IMG/VR virus record: IMGVR_UViG_3300025018_000115
Location: 1 to 33,362 of that record
DNA length: 33,362 bases
Source: a virus
Lineage: Duplodnaviria; Heunggongvirae; Uroviricota; Caudoviricetes
Strand: one strand, 5' to 3'
Made by a program: the position numbers and the translations under genes. Below, one piece after another: positions 1 through 7,711 of the stretch. Under the pieces are notes generated by a model that had not been told where the DNA came from, made no database searches, and worked only from the letters and a program-made list of their open reading frames with translations. Within the stretch, counting starts at the first letter, position 1. The number at the start of each line of letters is the position of its first letter.

Positions 1-43
1 GTGCTGATTCTATGTCTACTGTTTTGTTTGTTTTATTACTCAT
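1..43 (-). CDS. 5' fragment of a gene running off the left edge (MSNKTNKTVDIESA...)
   Basis: ATG at 43-41, 4 nt after the stop of the 48..347 ORF; same tight packing as the neighbouring genes. Confidence 0.4.
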   Translation of the reverse strand, partial: MSNKTNKTVDIESA

Positions 44-47
44 TTTT

Positions 48-347
48 TTATTTTGTTATTTTTTTAATATATCTTTTAACCTGTTTATTTGAAGGTTCTT
101 TCTTTCTCCATTCTAAAGGAAATGGGGTTTTTAATACAATACTTGAAAATCTTGCAAAACTTTCTGTTGAATTATCTTTTGAGATTAATTCTTTATAGTT
201 TGTGTAAGGATCCACCAAGTACATGTTCCATTTTCTTTTTTTGTTTTTCTCTCCTATAACCCAAAACTTTGTGTTACATATTTTGATTCTTATTTGATTG
301 TCATCTGTTTTGATGATCTCGCATCCTGGCGGTATTTTTAATTGCAT
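48..347 (-). CDS. hypothetical protein (99 aa)
   Basis: ORF track; A-rich leader; co-directional with the operon. Confidence 0.7.
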   Translation of the reverse strand: MQLKIPPGCEIIKTDDNQIRIKICNTKFWVIGEKNKKRKWNMYLVDPYTNYKELISKDNSTESFARFSSIVLKTPFPLEWRKKEPSNKQVKRYIKKITK

Positions 348-411
348 TTTTTTGTTATTATTAATCTTATCGACCTTTTCAAGGTGAATTTACCTTGTTT
401 TTCATGGTTTT

Positions 412-822
412 TTATTTTTTAATTAATAAATGACCTTCCCACGATAGTTGTGCATAACTTCTTGTGAATACTTCTTTGAATATCCAGATTGACCATCTAC
501 ATGTTGTGAGTTCTTTGGCGCCGAATATATGGTGACCTAACTCATGTAATGTGGATACTATGCTTGGTTTTTTTGTTTGTAATATAATGGTTTTCTTTTT
601 TGGATTATAAGCGGCTATATCTCTAAATTTTATTTTTGGAGATGGTTTCTTTTCAGCTTTTGATATTAATTTGATTAGTTTTTTTAATCTTTTGTTTTTT
701 TCACTTTTTTTAATATCTTTCCATCCTTTGTAGTTTTTTGATTTCCATTTTTTTATTACATTTATTGTGTCTGTTCTGATTGCAGGTCTTTTTTTAAGAA
801 TTTCTTCTTTTGTTGGATACAT
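412..822 (-). CDS. HExxH (zincin-like) metallopeptidase-motif protein
   Basis: STLHELGHHIFG motif preceded by a beta-strand-like AAYNPKKKTIIL segment; starts 1 nt after the class II GATase stop. Confidence 0.6.
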   Translation of the reverse strand: MYPTKEEILKKRPAIRTDTINVIKKWKSKNYKGWKDIKKSEKNKRLKKLIKLISKAEKKPSPKIKFRDIAAYNPKKKTIILQTKKPSIVSTLHELGHHIFGAKELTTCRWSIWIFKEVFTRSYAQLSWEGHLLIKK

Positions 823-823
823 T

Positions 824-2167
824 TTAGAAGTCGTTTACTCCATCATGGCCATATTTACTTATATGTCCTCTGAATCCGTGTTCTGATAGTTTGTATCCCG
901 CCCTTACCTTATTTGTATCGTATCCGTATCTTGAGTATGCTTCTTCTATTCCTGCATCTTCTATGGCATCTTCTTCTTCCTCTATTTCTTGTTCTCTTAT
1001 TGTGTCGAATTCTATTTCTCCTTCGTCTACTATTGCGAGCATGGCGTCTGCAATTTTTGCTAGTTTGTTTAGGAGTTTTCCCTTCGTTGTGTATTTATCT
1101 AGCATTATTTTTTCTCTGAATTCTCTGATTATTTCTGAAGCTTTGTCAATTTGGTCTTCCATTTCTGCATATGTTTTTTCGATGATTTCTAGAGATGTTC
1201 CTCCTGCTATTATTTTGTCACTAAAATCTGTTCTTATTCTGTCTACATATTTGTCGTCTACGTCGTCTGTCTCTCCTGTTCCTCCATTTTCCATATCCAT
1301 TTGTAGTGCCCATGATCTCATATTTTCTATTTCGACCTCGTCTTTGTCTTTTTTTGATTTAATATTTGTAAGAAGATTGTTTCCTGTGTAATTTGATTTT
1401 TCTGTTTCTGTCTTAGTAACTATTTTTTCTTCTTCTTTGTATATTAGATCAATATTTGATAATTTCATTTTATTATCTCCGATGTTGAAAGAGAATAGTT
1501 TTTCTCCTTCTACTTGTTCTCCAATCCCTTCACTTGATATCTTCATTGTTCCGCTTTTCTTGTCCATATTTAGATCTCCGTTTTGGTGTTGTCCGAAATA
1601 TACTTTTTCTGCTTTTTGTGTTTTTTTGTTTATTTGGACAATTAGAAATGCGGCTCTGTTTGTTGTTTCTATTTCTTTTGTTTTACCTTCTAAAAATAGA
1701 ACCATCTCTATTGCTAGTGTTTCTGTATCGTTCCATTTAATTGACTCTCCTGTGTATGTTGGTTCACATTCTGTTGTGTATTTGAATCCTAGTTCTTCGT
1801 GTTTTTTCTTTATATCTGTTATTCCGGTTACAACTCCGTTGTGCATAAAGAGATAATCTTTCTTTAGGATTTTGTTTGATACGAACATTGGGTGAGTCTG
1901 TCTCATCTTGTTATCTGTTGATGTTGGCTGTCTGTGATGCGCTAATATCATTGGTGCCTTTTTAAGAGTCAGATCGATTAAGAATTTTGTTTCTTGTGTT
2001 GCTCTATCTGTCTCTATTTTTCCTTTTTCGTTTATTCGTATTATTCCAAAACCTCTTGTTCCTCTCGTATATTGGTCTTGGTATTGGTTCATTACGAAAT
2101 CATTTGCGTCTTTTCCTTTTTGTGATTTGCTTGTTTTAGTGTTGAATTCTCCTATTAGTCCGCACAT
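824..2167 (-). CDS. class II (Ntn) glutamine amidotransferase with acidic helical C-terminal extension
   Basis: N-terminal MCGLIG (Cys2 nucleophile), RGTRGFG, AHHRQPT, THPM, HNG and DTE motifs. Confidence 0.88.
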   Translation of the reverse strand: MCGLIGEFNTKTSKSQKGKDANDFVMNQYQDQYTRGTRGFGIIRINEKGKIETDRATQETKFLIDLTLKKAPMILAHHRQPTSTDNKMRQTHPMFVSNKILKKDYLFMHNGVVTGITDIKKKHEELGFKYTTECEPTYTGESIKWNDTETLAIEMVLFLEGKTKEIETTNRAAFLIVQINKKTQKAEKVYFGQHQNGDLNMDKKSGTMKISSEGIGEQVEGEKLFSFNIGDNKMKLSNIDLIYKEEEKIVTKTETEKSNYTGNNLLTNIKSKKDKDEVEIENMRSWALQMDMENGGTGETDDVDDKYVDRIRTDFSDKIIAGGTSLEIIEKTYAEMEDQIDKASEIIREFREKIMLDKYTTKGKLLNKLAKIADAMLAIVDEGEIEFDTIREQEIEEEEDAIEDAGIEEAYSRYGYDTNKVRAGYKLSEHGFRGHISKYGHDGVNDF

Positions 2168-2186
2168 TGTTTCATATTTTTAGTTA

Positions 2187-3803
2187 TTAGAATACGTAAG
2201 ATGTTACCTCTTGATCTTCTTCGTGAGATAATTCTTCGATTGTATTTTCGATTGCATTTTTGTGATTATTTAGGCTTATTGATCCTTCATCTATCACTAC
2301 TTCTTCTTTTTGTTCGACCTGTCTTGTTAATACTTTGTATACCTTTCCTTGTCTTGCAAGTGGTAGGTTTGTATCGTTGATTAGTCTTTTTGCTTTTTCA
2401 ATTTTTCCTTTTTCTAGATTCCAGATTATTTCCATAAATTCTTTTGTTTTTGGATTTGTTCTCATTTCATATGGAATACCTATAAGAATTGTTTTTTCTC
2501 TTGCGTCTTCAATTTTTCCTGTGATGAAGTTTAAAGATGCGTTTCTTGGAATTCCTACTGTTTGTGCAAATTTATTTTCCATCTTTTTGAATAGTGTTTT
2601 TGCTGAGTCTTCGTCTAATCGTGTTTTTATCACTGAATTTCCTATTAGTAGGTGTCCCTTTGTGTTTCTTGCGATTATTTTCTCTATTCCTTTTCTCATT
2701 CCAAAGATGTAGTAATTGTTTTTTATTTTCCAATTATGAGTTGCTATCTTGTCTTTTAGAATATCTGAGAATATTCCTACGTTTTCGTCTTGATTGTAGA
2801 ATACACTGATTGCTCCTTTAATAGAATCGATATCAATTTCTGTCTTTTTTACTTTTTCTTTTTTGGTTGATGTTGTTAGTTCTCTTTTTGTTGGTATTTT
2901 TGAATTTTTGAATTCCCAACCTAGTGCAATATTGTATTCTGCTTTCTCTTTGTCTTTAACTACCTGTTTCGCATTAAAGATATATTCTATTTCTTCTTTG
3001 AAAGCATCGTACATTTCGAATTTTTGGATTTCTTTTTTAATGTCTTTAATCAATGTTTTTGTCAATGATTTGAATTCCATTAGAGCTAGTGTTTGTAGTG
3101 CATCTCCTTGTTTGTCACTTTTAATTAGAATGTCATGACACTTTTTGAATGTCTCTGGTTTGAACATTATTTCGTGATATACGACTCCCATATATGCAAG
3201 TGTTGCGTTTGCAATTTTTGGTGTTGTTAACCATTCTGCTGATGGGCATCTGAATTCTATTGTGTATCCTGGGTTTCCATTTTGGTGAGTGAATTTTTCT
3301 TCTAATCTCATGTCATTGATTTTTCCATATCCTTGTTTTGTTCGAAGGCTTAGATTTGTTTTGTTTTCTGTAATTAGGATTGGTAGATAGAAAGAAGATA
3401 ATCGTCTTTGTATTGTGTTTTTTAATGCTCCGTCTATTCTTTTATATCCATCTGGTACCTCAAGATGAATATGTCCTCCTACTGCGCTGTGCTCTGATAG
3501 GGTTGACATGTCACATAAACTACTATATTTACTGAATTCTTTTAACATTCCTCCTATGTTGCTAACAACTCCTTCTGGGGTGTTAGATGGCTTTGGTCTA
3601 ATTTCTGCTGTTGATGATGCTCCGTCCCATCCTAGGTTTCCAAATTGTTTTATGTCAAAACCTTGGCTTGATGGGCTAAAGTCTTTTTTGTTTTTTAACA
3701 TAAGACTCATTGTTCTCTGTGCATCAATCTTTTTTTTCTGTATTGTTAATACAAATTCTGGATCGGCTCCCAGTTTAAAATTGAATTTTTTATTTGTTGT
3801 CAT
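2187..3803 (-). CDS. phiEco32-like COOH-NH2 ligase type 2 (glutamine synthetase-like fold) with long C-terminal extension
   Basis: LGADPEF, GWDG..AEIRP.PS, GGHIH and EFRCPSAEWL motifs; start moved to ATG 3803, directly after the stop of the 3806..4456 ORF. Confidence 0.85.
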   Translation of the reverse strand: MTTNKKFNFKLGADPEFVLTIQKKKIDAQRTMSLMLKNKKDFSPSSQGFDIKQFGNLGWDGASSTAEIRPKPSNTPEGVVSNIGGMLKEFSKYSSLCDMSTLSEHSAVGGHIHLEVPDGYKRIDGALKNTIQRRLSSFYLPILITENKTNLSLRTKQGYGKINDMRLEEKFTHQNGNPGYTIEFRCPSAEWLTTPKIANATLAYMGVVYHEIMFKPETFKKCHDILIKSDKQGDALQTLALMEFKSLTKTLIKDIKKEIQKFEMYDAFKEEIEYIFNAKQVVKDKEKAEYNIALGWEFKNSKIPTKRELTTSTKKEKVKKTEIDIDSIKGAISVFYNQDENVGIFSDILKDKIATHNWKIKNNYYIFGMRKGIEKIIARNTKGHLLIGNSVIKTRLDEDSAKTLFKKMENKFAQTVGIPRNASLNFITGKIEDAREKTILIGIPYEMRTNPKTKEFMEIIWNLEKGKIEKAKRLINDTNLPLARQGKVYKVLTRQVEQKEEVVIDEGSISLNNHKNAIENTIEELSHEEDQEVTSYVF

Positions 3804-3805
3804 TT

Positions 3806-4456
3806 TTAATTTGTTGAATAAAATCTTTGTTCTATTAATTGTCTGTATTCTTTTTTGGTGTTTAGTGTTTGGCATTCTTCACATTCAATATATTCTTCTT
3901 CATTTGCTCTTGCATCACAAATGATGATATGTTTGCATTCTTTGCAGATTATTGTTGTGTCGGTTGTGTCATCTCCTCTTTCGTTTGAGAATAAACTACT
4001 TATTTGGTTATTTGAGATGTTTACTCTGGCTTCTTCATCTTCTTCTAGTATGTTAGTTGGTTCTTCCATTGATCTTTCCCATCCTTCTCCGGCTGTTAAT
4101 ATGCCGTTTCTTCCTGTTTGTATTTCACTTGGCGCAAATGTAACTCCCGGTCTTGCTGGTTGATCAGAAACAGTCAAAGTTTCTGGTAGTGATGGTGAAT
4201 CTCTCCATACTAGTTCATTAAGAAAAAGAGTTCTGTCACATTCCATACATTCGTATTCTGGGCTTCCGTCCCAGTTTGTTTCTTCATTATCTGATTCATA
4301 GTCTCCCAAACTATCCATGTCTTCTGGTGACATTGCTCTTCCTCTTGCATTTGAGCCAGGTGATGGGAGATCGAAGTTTCCGTATTCGTGTCCTATAACA
4401 GGTCTGCTGTATCTAAGTTGGCATACTTCGTTCTCGCAATTTGGACATTCCCACAT
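3806..4456 (-). CDS. acidic protein with four CxxC pairs (two putative Zn ribbons)
   Basis: CPNC, CMEC, CKEC, CEEC; packed between the two amidase/ligase genes. Confidence 0.75.
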   Translation of the reverse strand: MWECPNCENEVCQLRYSRPVIGHEYGNFDLPSPGSNARGRAMSPEDMDSLGDYESDNEETNWDGSPEYECMECDRTLFLNELVWRDSPSLPETLTVSDQPARPGVTFAPSEIQTGRNGILTAGEGWERSMEEPTNILEEDEEARVNISNNQISSLFSNERGDDTTDTTIICKECKHIIICDARANEEEYIECEECQTLNTKKEYRQLIEQRFYSTN

Positions 4457-4463
4457 ATTGTTT

Positions 4464-5264
4464 TTAATTAGTCAAATATTTTTCTATGAAATATTTGATG
4501 ATTGGACTGTCTTTGTATTCTTCTGGGTGATATTGAACAGCAACTATTTTTAGTTTTTCTGATTCAAATCCTTCAATAAGGTGTTGTGTTGCCATTATTA
4601 TTTCTATTTCTGTTCCTTCTGAATATTCTTTGACAGCTTCTGATAATTCTCTTCTTACTTTTTTTCCATCTTCTTGTATTGTAAATCCTTGGTGGTGCCA
4701 AGAGTTTACTTTGTATTTTTCTGTTCTTATTCTTTCTTTGTATATTTCTTCTAAGAAATCTTTGTATTTTCCAAATATTTCAACAAAATGCATTGATTCC
4801 TTTCGATTACTTATGTCTGAGTATCTTCCATCGTGACCGCTTTCTATTGATGAGATGCTTTGTTTGAAGTTTTTTAGATTTGCGAGTTGTCCTAATAGTT
4901 GGAATCCTCTACATATCCCGAATATTGGTTTCTCTTGTTTAACGAATTCTAGTGCTAGTATTTTTTCGAAAGTATCTCTGTTTTCTGAAAAACTATTTGA
5001 TGCATCTACTTCTTCTCCATATGATGTTGGATTTAGATCTACGCCTCCAGATAAAACTAACATATCATATTGTTTGGCGATTTCTTCTGCTTTCTTTTTT
5101 GTGTTTTTTTCTTCTTCGTCAGTTGCCATTTCTCCTTCTTTTTCTACTAAGCAAGGAATTATAACTGGTAGCGTTTTTTCAGTGTCGAACGCTCGTATAT
5201 ATGCTGAGTTTATGAATTCTTGCGTTTTGTTTTGTGAACTTGTTATTGCTACTAATTTTTTCAT
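4464..5264 (-). CDS. class I glutamine amidotransferase-like / peptidase C26 (gamma-glutamyl hydrolase, PuuD-like)
   Basis: LSGGVDLNP.SYGE, RD.FE, GICRGFQ (Cys nucleophile), NSWHHQG, VQYHPE (His-Glu); start moved to ATG 5264. Confidence 0.9.
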   Translation of the reverse strand: MKKLVAITSSQNKTQEFINSAYIRAFDTEKTLPVIIPCLVEKEGEMATDEEEKNTKKKAEEIAKQYDMLVLSGGVDLNPTSYGEEVDASNSFSENRDTFEKILALEFVKQEKPIFGICRGFQLLGQLANLKNFKQSISSIESGHDGRYSDISNRKESMHFVEIFGKYKDFLEEIYKERIRTEKYKVNSWHHQGFTIQEDGKKVRRELSEAVKEYSEGTEIEIIMATQHLIEGFESEKLKIVAVQYHPEEYKDSPIIKYFIEKYLTN

Positions 5265-5266
5265 TG

Positions 5267-5527
5267 TTATTTTATTCTTAGTTCTAGCCATCCTCCTTCG
5301 ATTTTTCTTTCTGTCCATTTTTTACCTGTTCTTTTTGACATATCAGCAAGATGCGCTGAGGGGTTTGATTTGTATGGCCATTCTGATTTTGGAACGAATA
5401 CAGCTTGATTTACTTTTTGTTTTTTAAAGAAATCGTGTGCCTTCATTGGTCCTTGGTTTTCTCCTGCCATTCTTTCAAATTGTACTTTTGTTAGAAATCT
5501 TAATTTGTCTTTTTTAATTTTTATCAT
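5267..5527 (-). CDS. small basic hypothetical protein, possibly nucleic-acid binding
   Basis: ORF track; A-rich leader; stop 2 nt before the next ATG. Confidence 0.7.
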   Translation of the reverse strand: MIKIKKDKLRFLTKVQFERMAGENQGPMKAHDFFKKQKVNQAVFVPKSEWPYKSNPSAHLADMSKRTGKKWTERKIEGGWLELRIK

Positions 5528-5545
5528 TTTTTTGTTGTTTAATAT

Positions 5546-5815
5546 TGATGTGCAAATTCTAGGGCTCCACGTTAATTTTAACTAGGAACGAAATGTGCTT
5601 TTATTACTTCTGTCTAGGCTACTTGAGAAAGTGATCAGACTTTCTTTTTTGCTTTGTGCGCCAACTTGGCTACATCTGTTTTTATTACATCAGTTTTTCC
5701 CGAAGGATTTCCCTTTCATTTCGTTAATTTAACCTGCCTTTGATTACGTTTCGCTGGGTGGGGTTTTATACTTCCGAACTCTTTAAAATTCTGAAGCCCT
5801 AGAATTTGCACATCA
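5546..5815 (-). ncRNA. candidate 270-nt structured RNA (or non-autonomous element) closed by a 21-bp inverted repeat
   Basis: tgatgtgcaaattctagggct (5546-5566) / agccctagaatttgcacatca (5795-5815); inner stems 5587-5595/5717-5725 and 5626-5632/5639-5645; cUUCGg loop on the minus strand (5698-5707); no ORF. Confidence 0.6.
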
Positions 5816-5824
5816 GATTAGTTA

Positions 5825-6040
5825 TTAATCTTTGCGCTCTTTGCATTCAGGGTCTAAACACCATCCTCTTTCGTGTCCTTTTTTGCTAATTTCTTCGAAG
5901 AATTCGTTTATATCAGTATCTTTAATAATTTCTTGATAGATTAGATCTGGAACGCCACTTATTAGTAGTGACATTATTTCATATCTTGTTTTATCAAACA
6001 TGCATACGAACATTTCGCTTTTAATTTCTTTTTTTGACAT
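5825..6040 (-). CDS. hypothetical protein (71 aa)
   Basis: ORF track; tight packing. Confidence 0.7.
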   Translation of the reverse strand: MSKKEIKSEMFVCMFDKTRYEIMSLLISGVPDLIYQEIIKDTDINEFFEEISKKGHERGWCLDPECKERKD

Positions 6041-6041
6041 G

Positions 6042-6401
6042 TTATATTTGCATTAAGTAATCTTCTATTTTTTGGTTTTCTTGTATAAAAGGAATCATTT
6101 CTTTCATTTTATACATGCTTTCGCTACCTTCTTGGAAACAATCTTCTTTCCATTTGCATTTTTCTGCTGTTTCTCCGCAGTTTATGCACATATCTATTTT
6201 CCACTTTTTCTCTTTTCCTACAGCTTCCCATGCTTCTGGGTCTAATAGAATTAGTTCTATGTAGAACATTGCTAGACATGAGATTGTGTTTTGTAGAGCC
6301 ATTTCTTTGTTCGGTGATATCATTGACATCGCTCCTTGGATTCTTGGTGTCATTTTCCATCCTCCTTCAATAGCGGCTCTTATAAAATCGCTAGGTGTCA
6401 T
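6042..6401 (-). CDS. hypothetical protein (119 aa) with a CxxC...C cluster
   Basis: ORF track; CINCGETAEKC. Confidence 0.7.
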   Translation of the reverse strand: MTPSDFIRAAIEGGWKMTPRIQGAMSMISPNKEMALQNTISCLAMFYIELILLDPEAWEAVGKEKKWKIDMCINCGETAEKCKWKEDCFQEGSESMYKMKEMIPFIQENQKIEDYLMQI

Positions 6402-6403
6402 GG

Positions 6404-6676
6404 TTATTTTGTTTTTATATAGCTTGTTCTAATTAGTTTTATTGTGCTGTCTATTATTTCTGCTTCATTGTCAAAATCTCTAGATTCTTCGTCGTCTTCT
6501 CCTATGTGATACACCTTTAGGTTTTCTTCAGGATTTTCTGAGTATGTTCTTCTGTGTAATAAGATTCTGGCCTCTTCTTTGTTTTTTGCTATTGTTCCCG
6601 CAAAATAATACTTTGTTATTTTTACAACTCCTCTGTATATATTTTCTTTTTTTTTAGGTTTTTCTTTTGTTGTCAT
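6404..6676 (-). CDS. hypothetical protein (90 aa)
   Basis: ORF track; tight packing. Confidence 0.7.
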   Translation of the reverse strand: MTTKEKPKKKENIYRGVVKITKYYFAGTIAKNKEEARILLHRRTYSENPEENLKVYHIGEDDEESRDFDNEAEIIDSTIKLIRTSYIKTK

Positions 6677-6684
6677 TTTTTTGT

Positions 6685-7473
6685 TTAGTTCTCATCTTCA
6701 AAATTAGGTGGATATATCCATTCTCCGTTTATGTTTCGGTTTACTTCGCTAGCTGTCATTGCTCGGTATGCTTGTTGCATGGCTTCTCTTGTTATATTTT
6801 GATTTTGTGAATGATGTGCTATAACTGGGCTAGTGCCTTTTTTTTTTATTCTTAGCATTTCTGTTTCGAAATCTCTTTCTATTTGTTGATTAACACTTTT
6901 TTTGTATCTTAGTGTTTCTTCTTGGCCACTTTGAAAGTATCTTTTGTTTTGGTTTATTTGACTTATTTTTTTTGATAGAAAGTCTTCTGTTCTCTGGTAT
7001 TTTTCGTTTCTTGTGTTTCTGTCGTAGTAAAGTGTTTCTTTTATTTTTCTTTTAATATCTGCTTCTTTTCTTGCTATTATTGTTTGTGTGTTTTCTGATG
7101 GATTTTCTATGTTTGTTTTGGGACTTTCAGCTTCAATTTCTTTTATTGCGATGTTTTTTGAGTTGTTTAACAATTCTTCTTCGGTTATTGCTATACAATA
7201 TTTTTTTGTTTCTATTGTATCTGTTTCTTTTTTGTTTGTTGTATATTTGTATAATCGATTTTTTGTTCTGTGTTCATACCAATAGTTTTCTGGGTGTATG
7301 TTTATGTCGAATTTTTCAATAAGAATGCATACATCGACCGGTAAGTATTTCATATTTATTTTGTTATTTTGTAGTGGTTTTCTTTGTATCCAATCTATTA
7401 TCTCTATGATTATTGCAGTTCCTATTAATCCTGTAATAAAAGATATGAATAATATTTTAATTAGACCTAGCAT
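6685..7473 (-). CDS. membrane-anchored coiled-coil protein
   Basis: N-terminal hydrophobic helix LIKILFISFITGLIGTAIIIEII; start moved to ATG 7473 because the upstream part overlaps a terminator. Confidence 0.7.
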   Translation of the reverse strand: MLGLIKILFISFITGLIGTAIIIEIIDWIQRKPLQNNKINMKYLPVDVCILIEKFDINIHPENYWYEHRTKNRLYKYTTNKKETDTIETKKYCIAITEEELLNNSKNIAIKEIEAESPKTNIENPSENTQTIIARKEADIKRKIKETLYYDRNTRNEKYQRTEDFLSKKISQINQNKRYFQSGQEETLRYKKSVNQQIERDFETEMLRIKKKGTSPVIAHHSQNQNITREAMQQAYRAMTASEVNRNINGEWIYPPNFEDEN

Positions 7474-7486
7474 TTGTTTTTTTGTT

Positions 7487-7512
7487 AAAGAAAACAGCCT
7501 CATATGAGGCTG
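7487..7512 (-). terminator. intrinsic terminator after the ACAGCAA hairpin array
   Basis: perfect 18-bp palindrome cagcctcatatgaggctg (7495-7512) followed on the minus strand by UUUUCUUU. Confidence 0.75.
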
Positions 7513-7520
7513 ATTCTTGC

Positions 7521-7569
7521 AATGCACGTTTTAATTTTGCAGATTAATTTTTATTGCTGTTAGTGCATT
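7521..7569 (-). ncRNA. ACAGCAA stem-loop unit 3
   Basis: minus strand AAUGCAC-UA-ACAGCAA-(A/U rich)-GUGCAUU-G. Confidence 0.65.
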
Positions 7570-7585
7570 ATTGATTTGTTTTAAC

Positions 7586-7641
7586 AAGGCTCAGATGAAA
7601 ATTCCAAATAATTTTTTATTGTGTTTTGCTGTGCGAGCCTT
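7586..7641 (-). ncRNA. ACAGCAA stem-loop unit 2
   Basis: minus strand AAGGCUC-GC-ACAGCAA-(A/U rich)-GAGCCUU-G. Confidence 0.65.
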
Positions 7642-7652
7642 TTTTGTTTTGC

Positions 7653-7707
7653 AAGACCCTTGTTTTCAAACCAAATTGAATTTTATAATTTTTGCTGTGT
7701 GGGTTTT
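7653..7707 (-). ncRNA. ACAGCAA stem-loop unit 1
   Basis: minus strand AAAACCC-AC-ACAGCAA-(A/U rich)-GGGUCUU-G (one A.C mismatch); begins 4 nt after the DUF2828 stop. Confidence 0.6.
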
Positions 7708-7711
7708 AATT

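Noticed and set aside
380-397. Near-perfect 18-bp palindrome caaggtgaatttaccttg
   Set aside because: The U-tract is on the non-coding strand and there is a single copy; its function cannot be supported.
5546-5815. Retron msr-msd, tmRNA or RNase P interpretation
   Set aside because: No reverse transcriptase in the window, no tRNA-like acceptor/T-arm ends or tag ORF, and no GAGGAAAGUCC-type P4 signature.
7521-7707. CRISPR array interpretation of the three-unit array
   Set aside because: The only identical sequence is a 7-nt loop motif; the stems differ, there is no repeat-spacer periodicity, and no cas genes are present.
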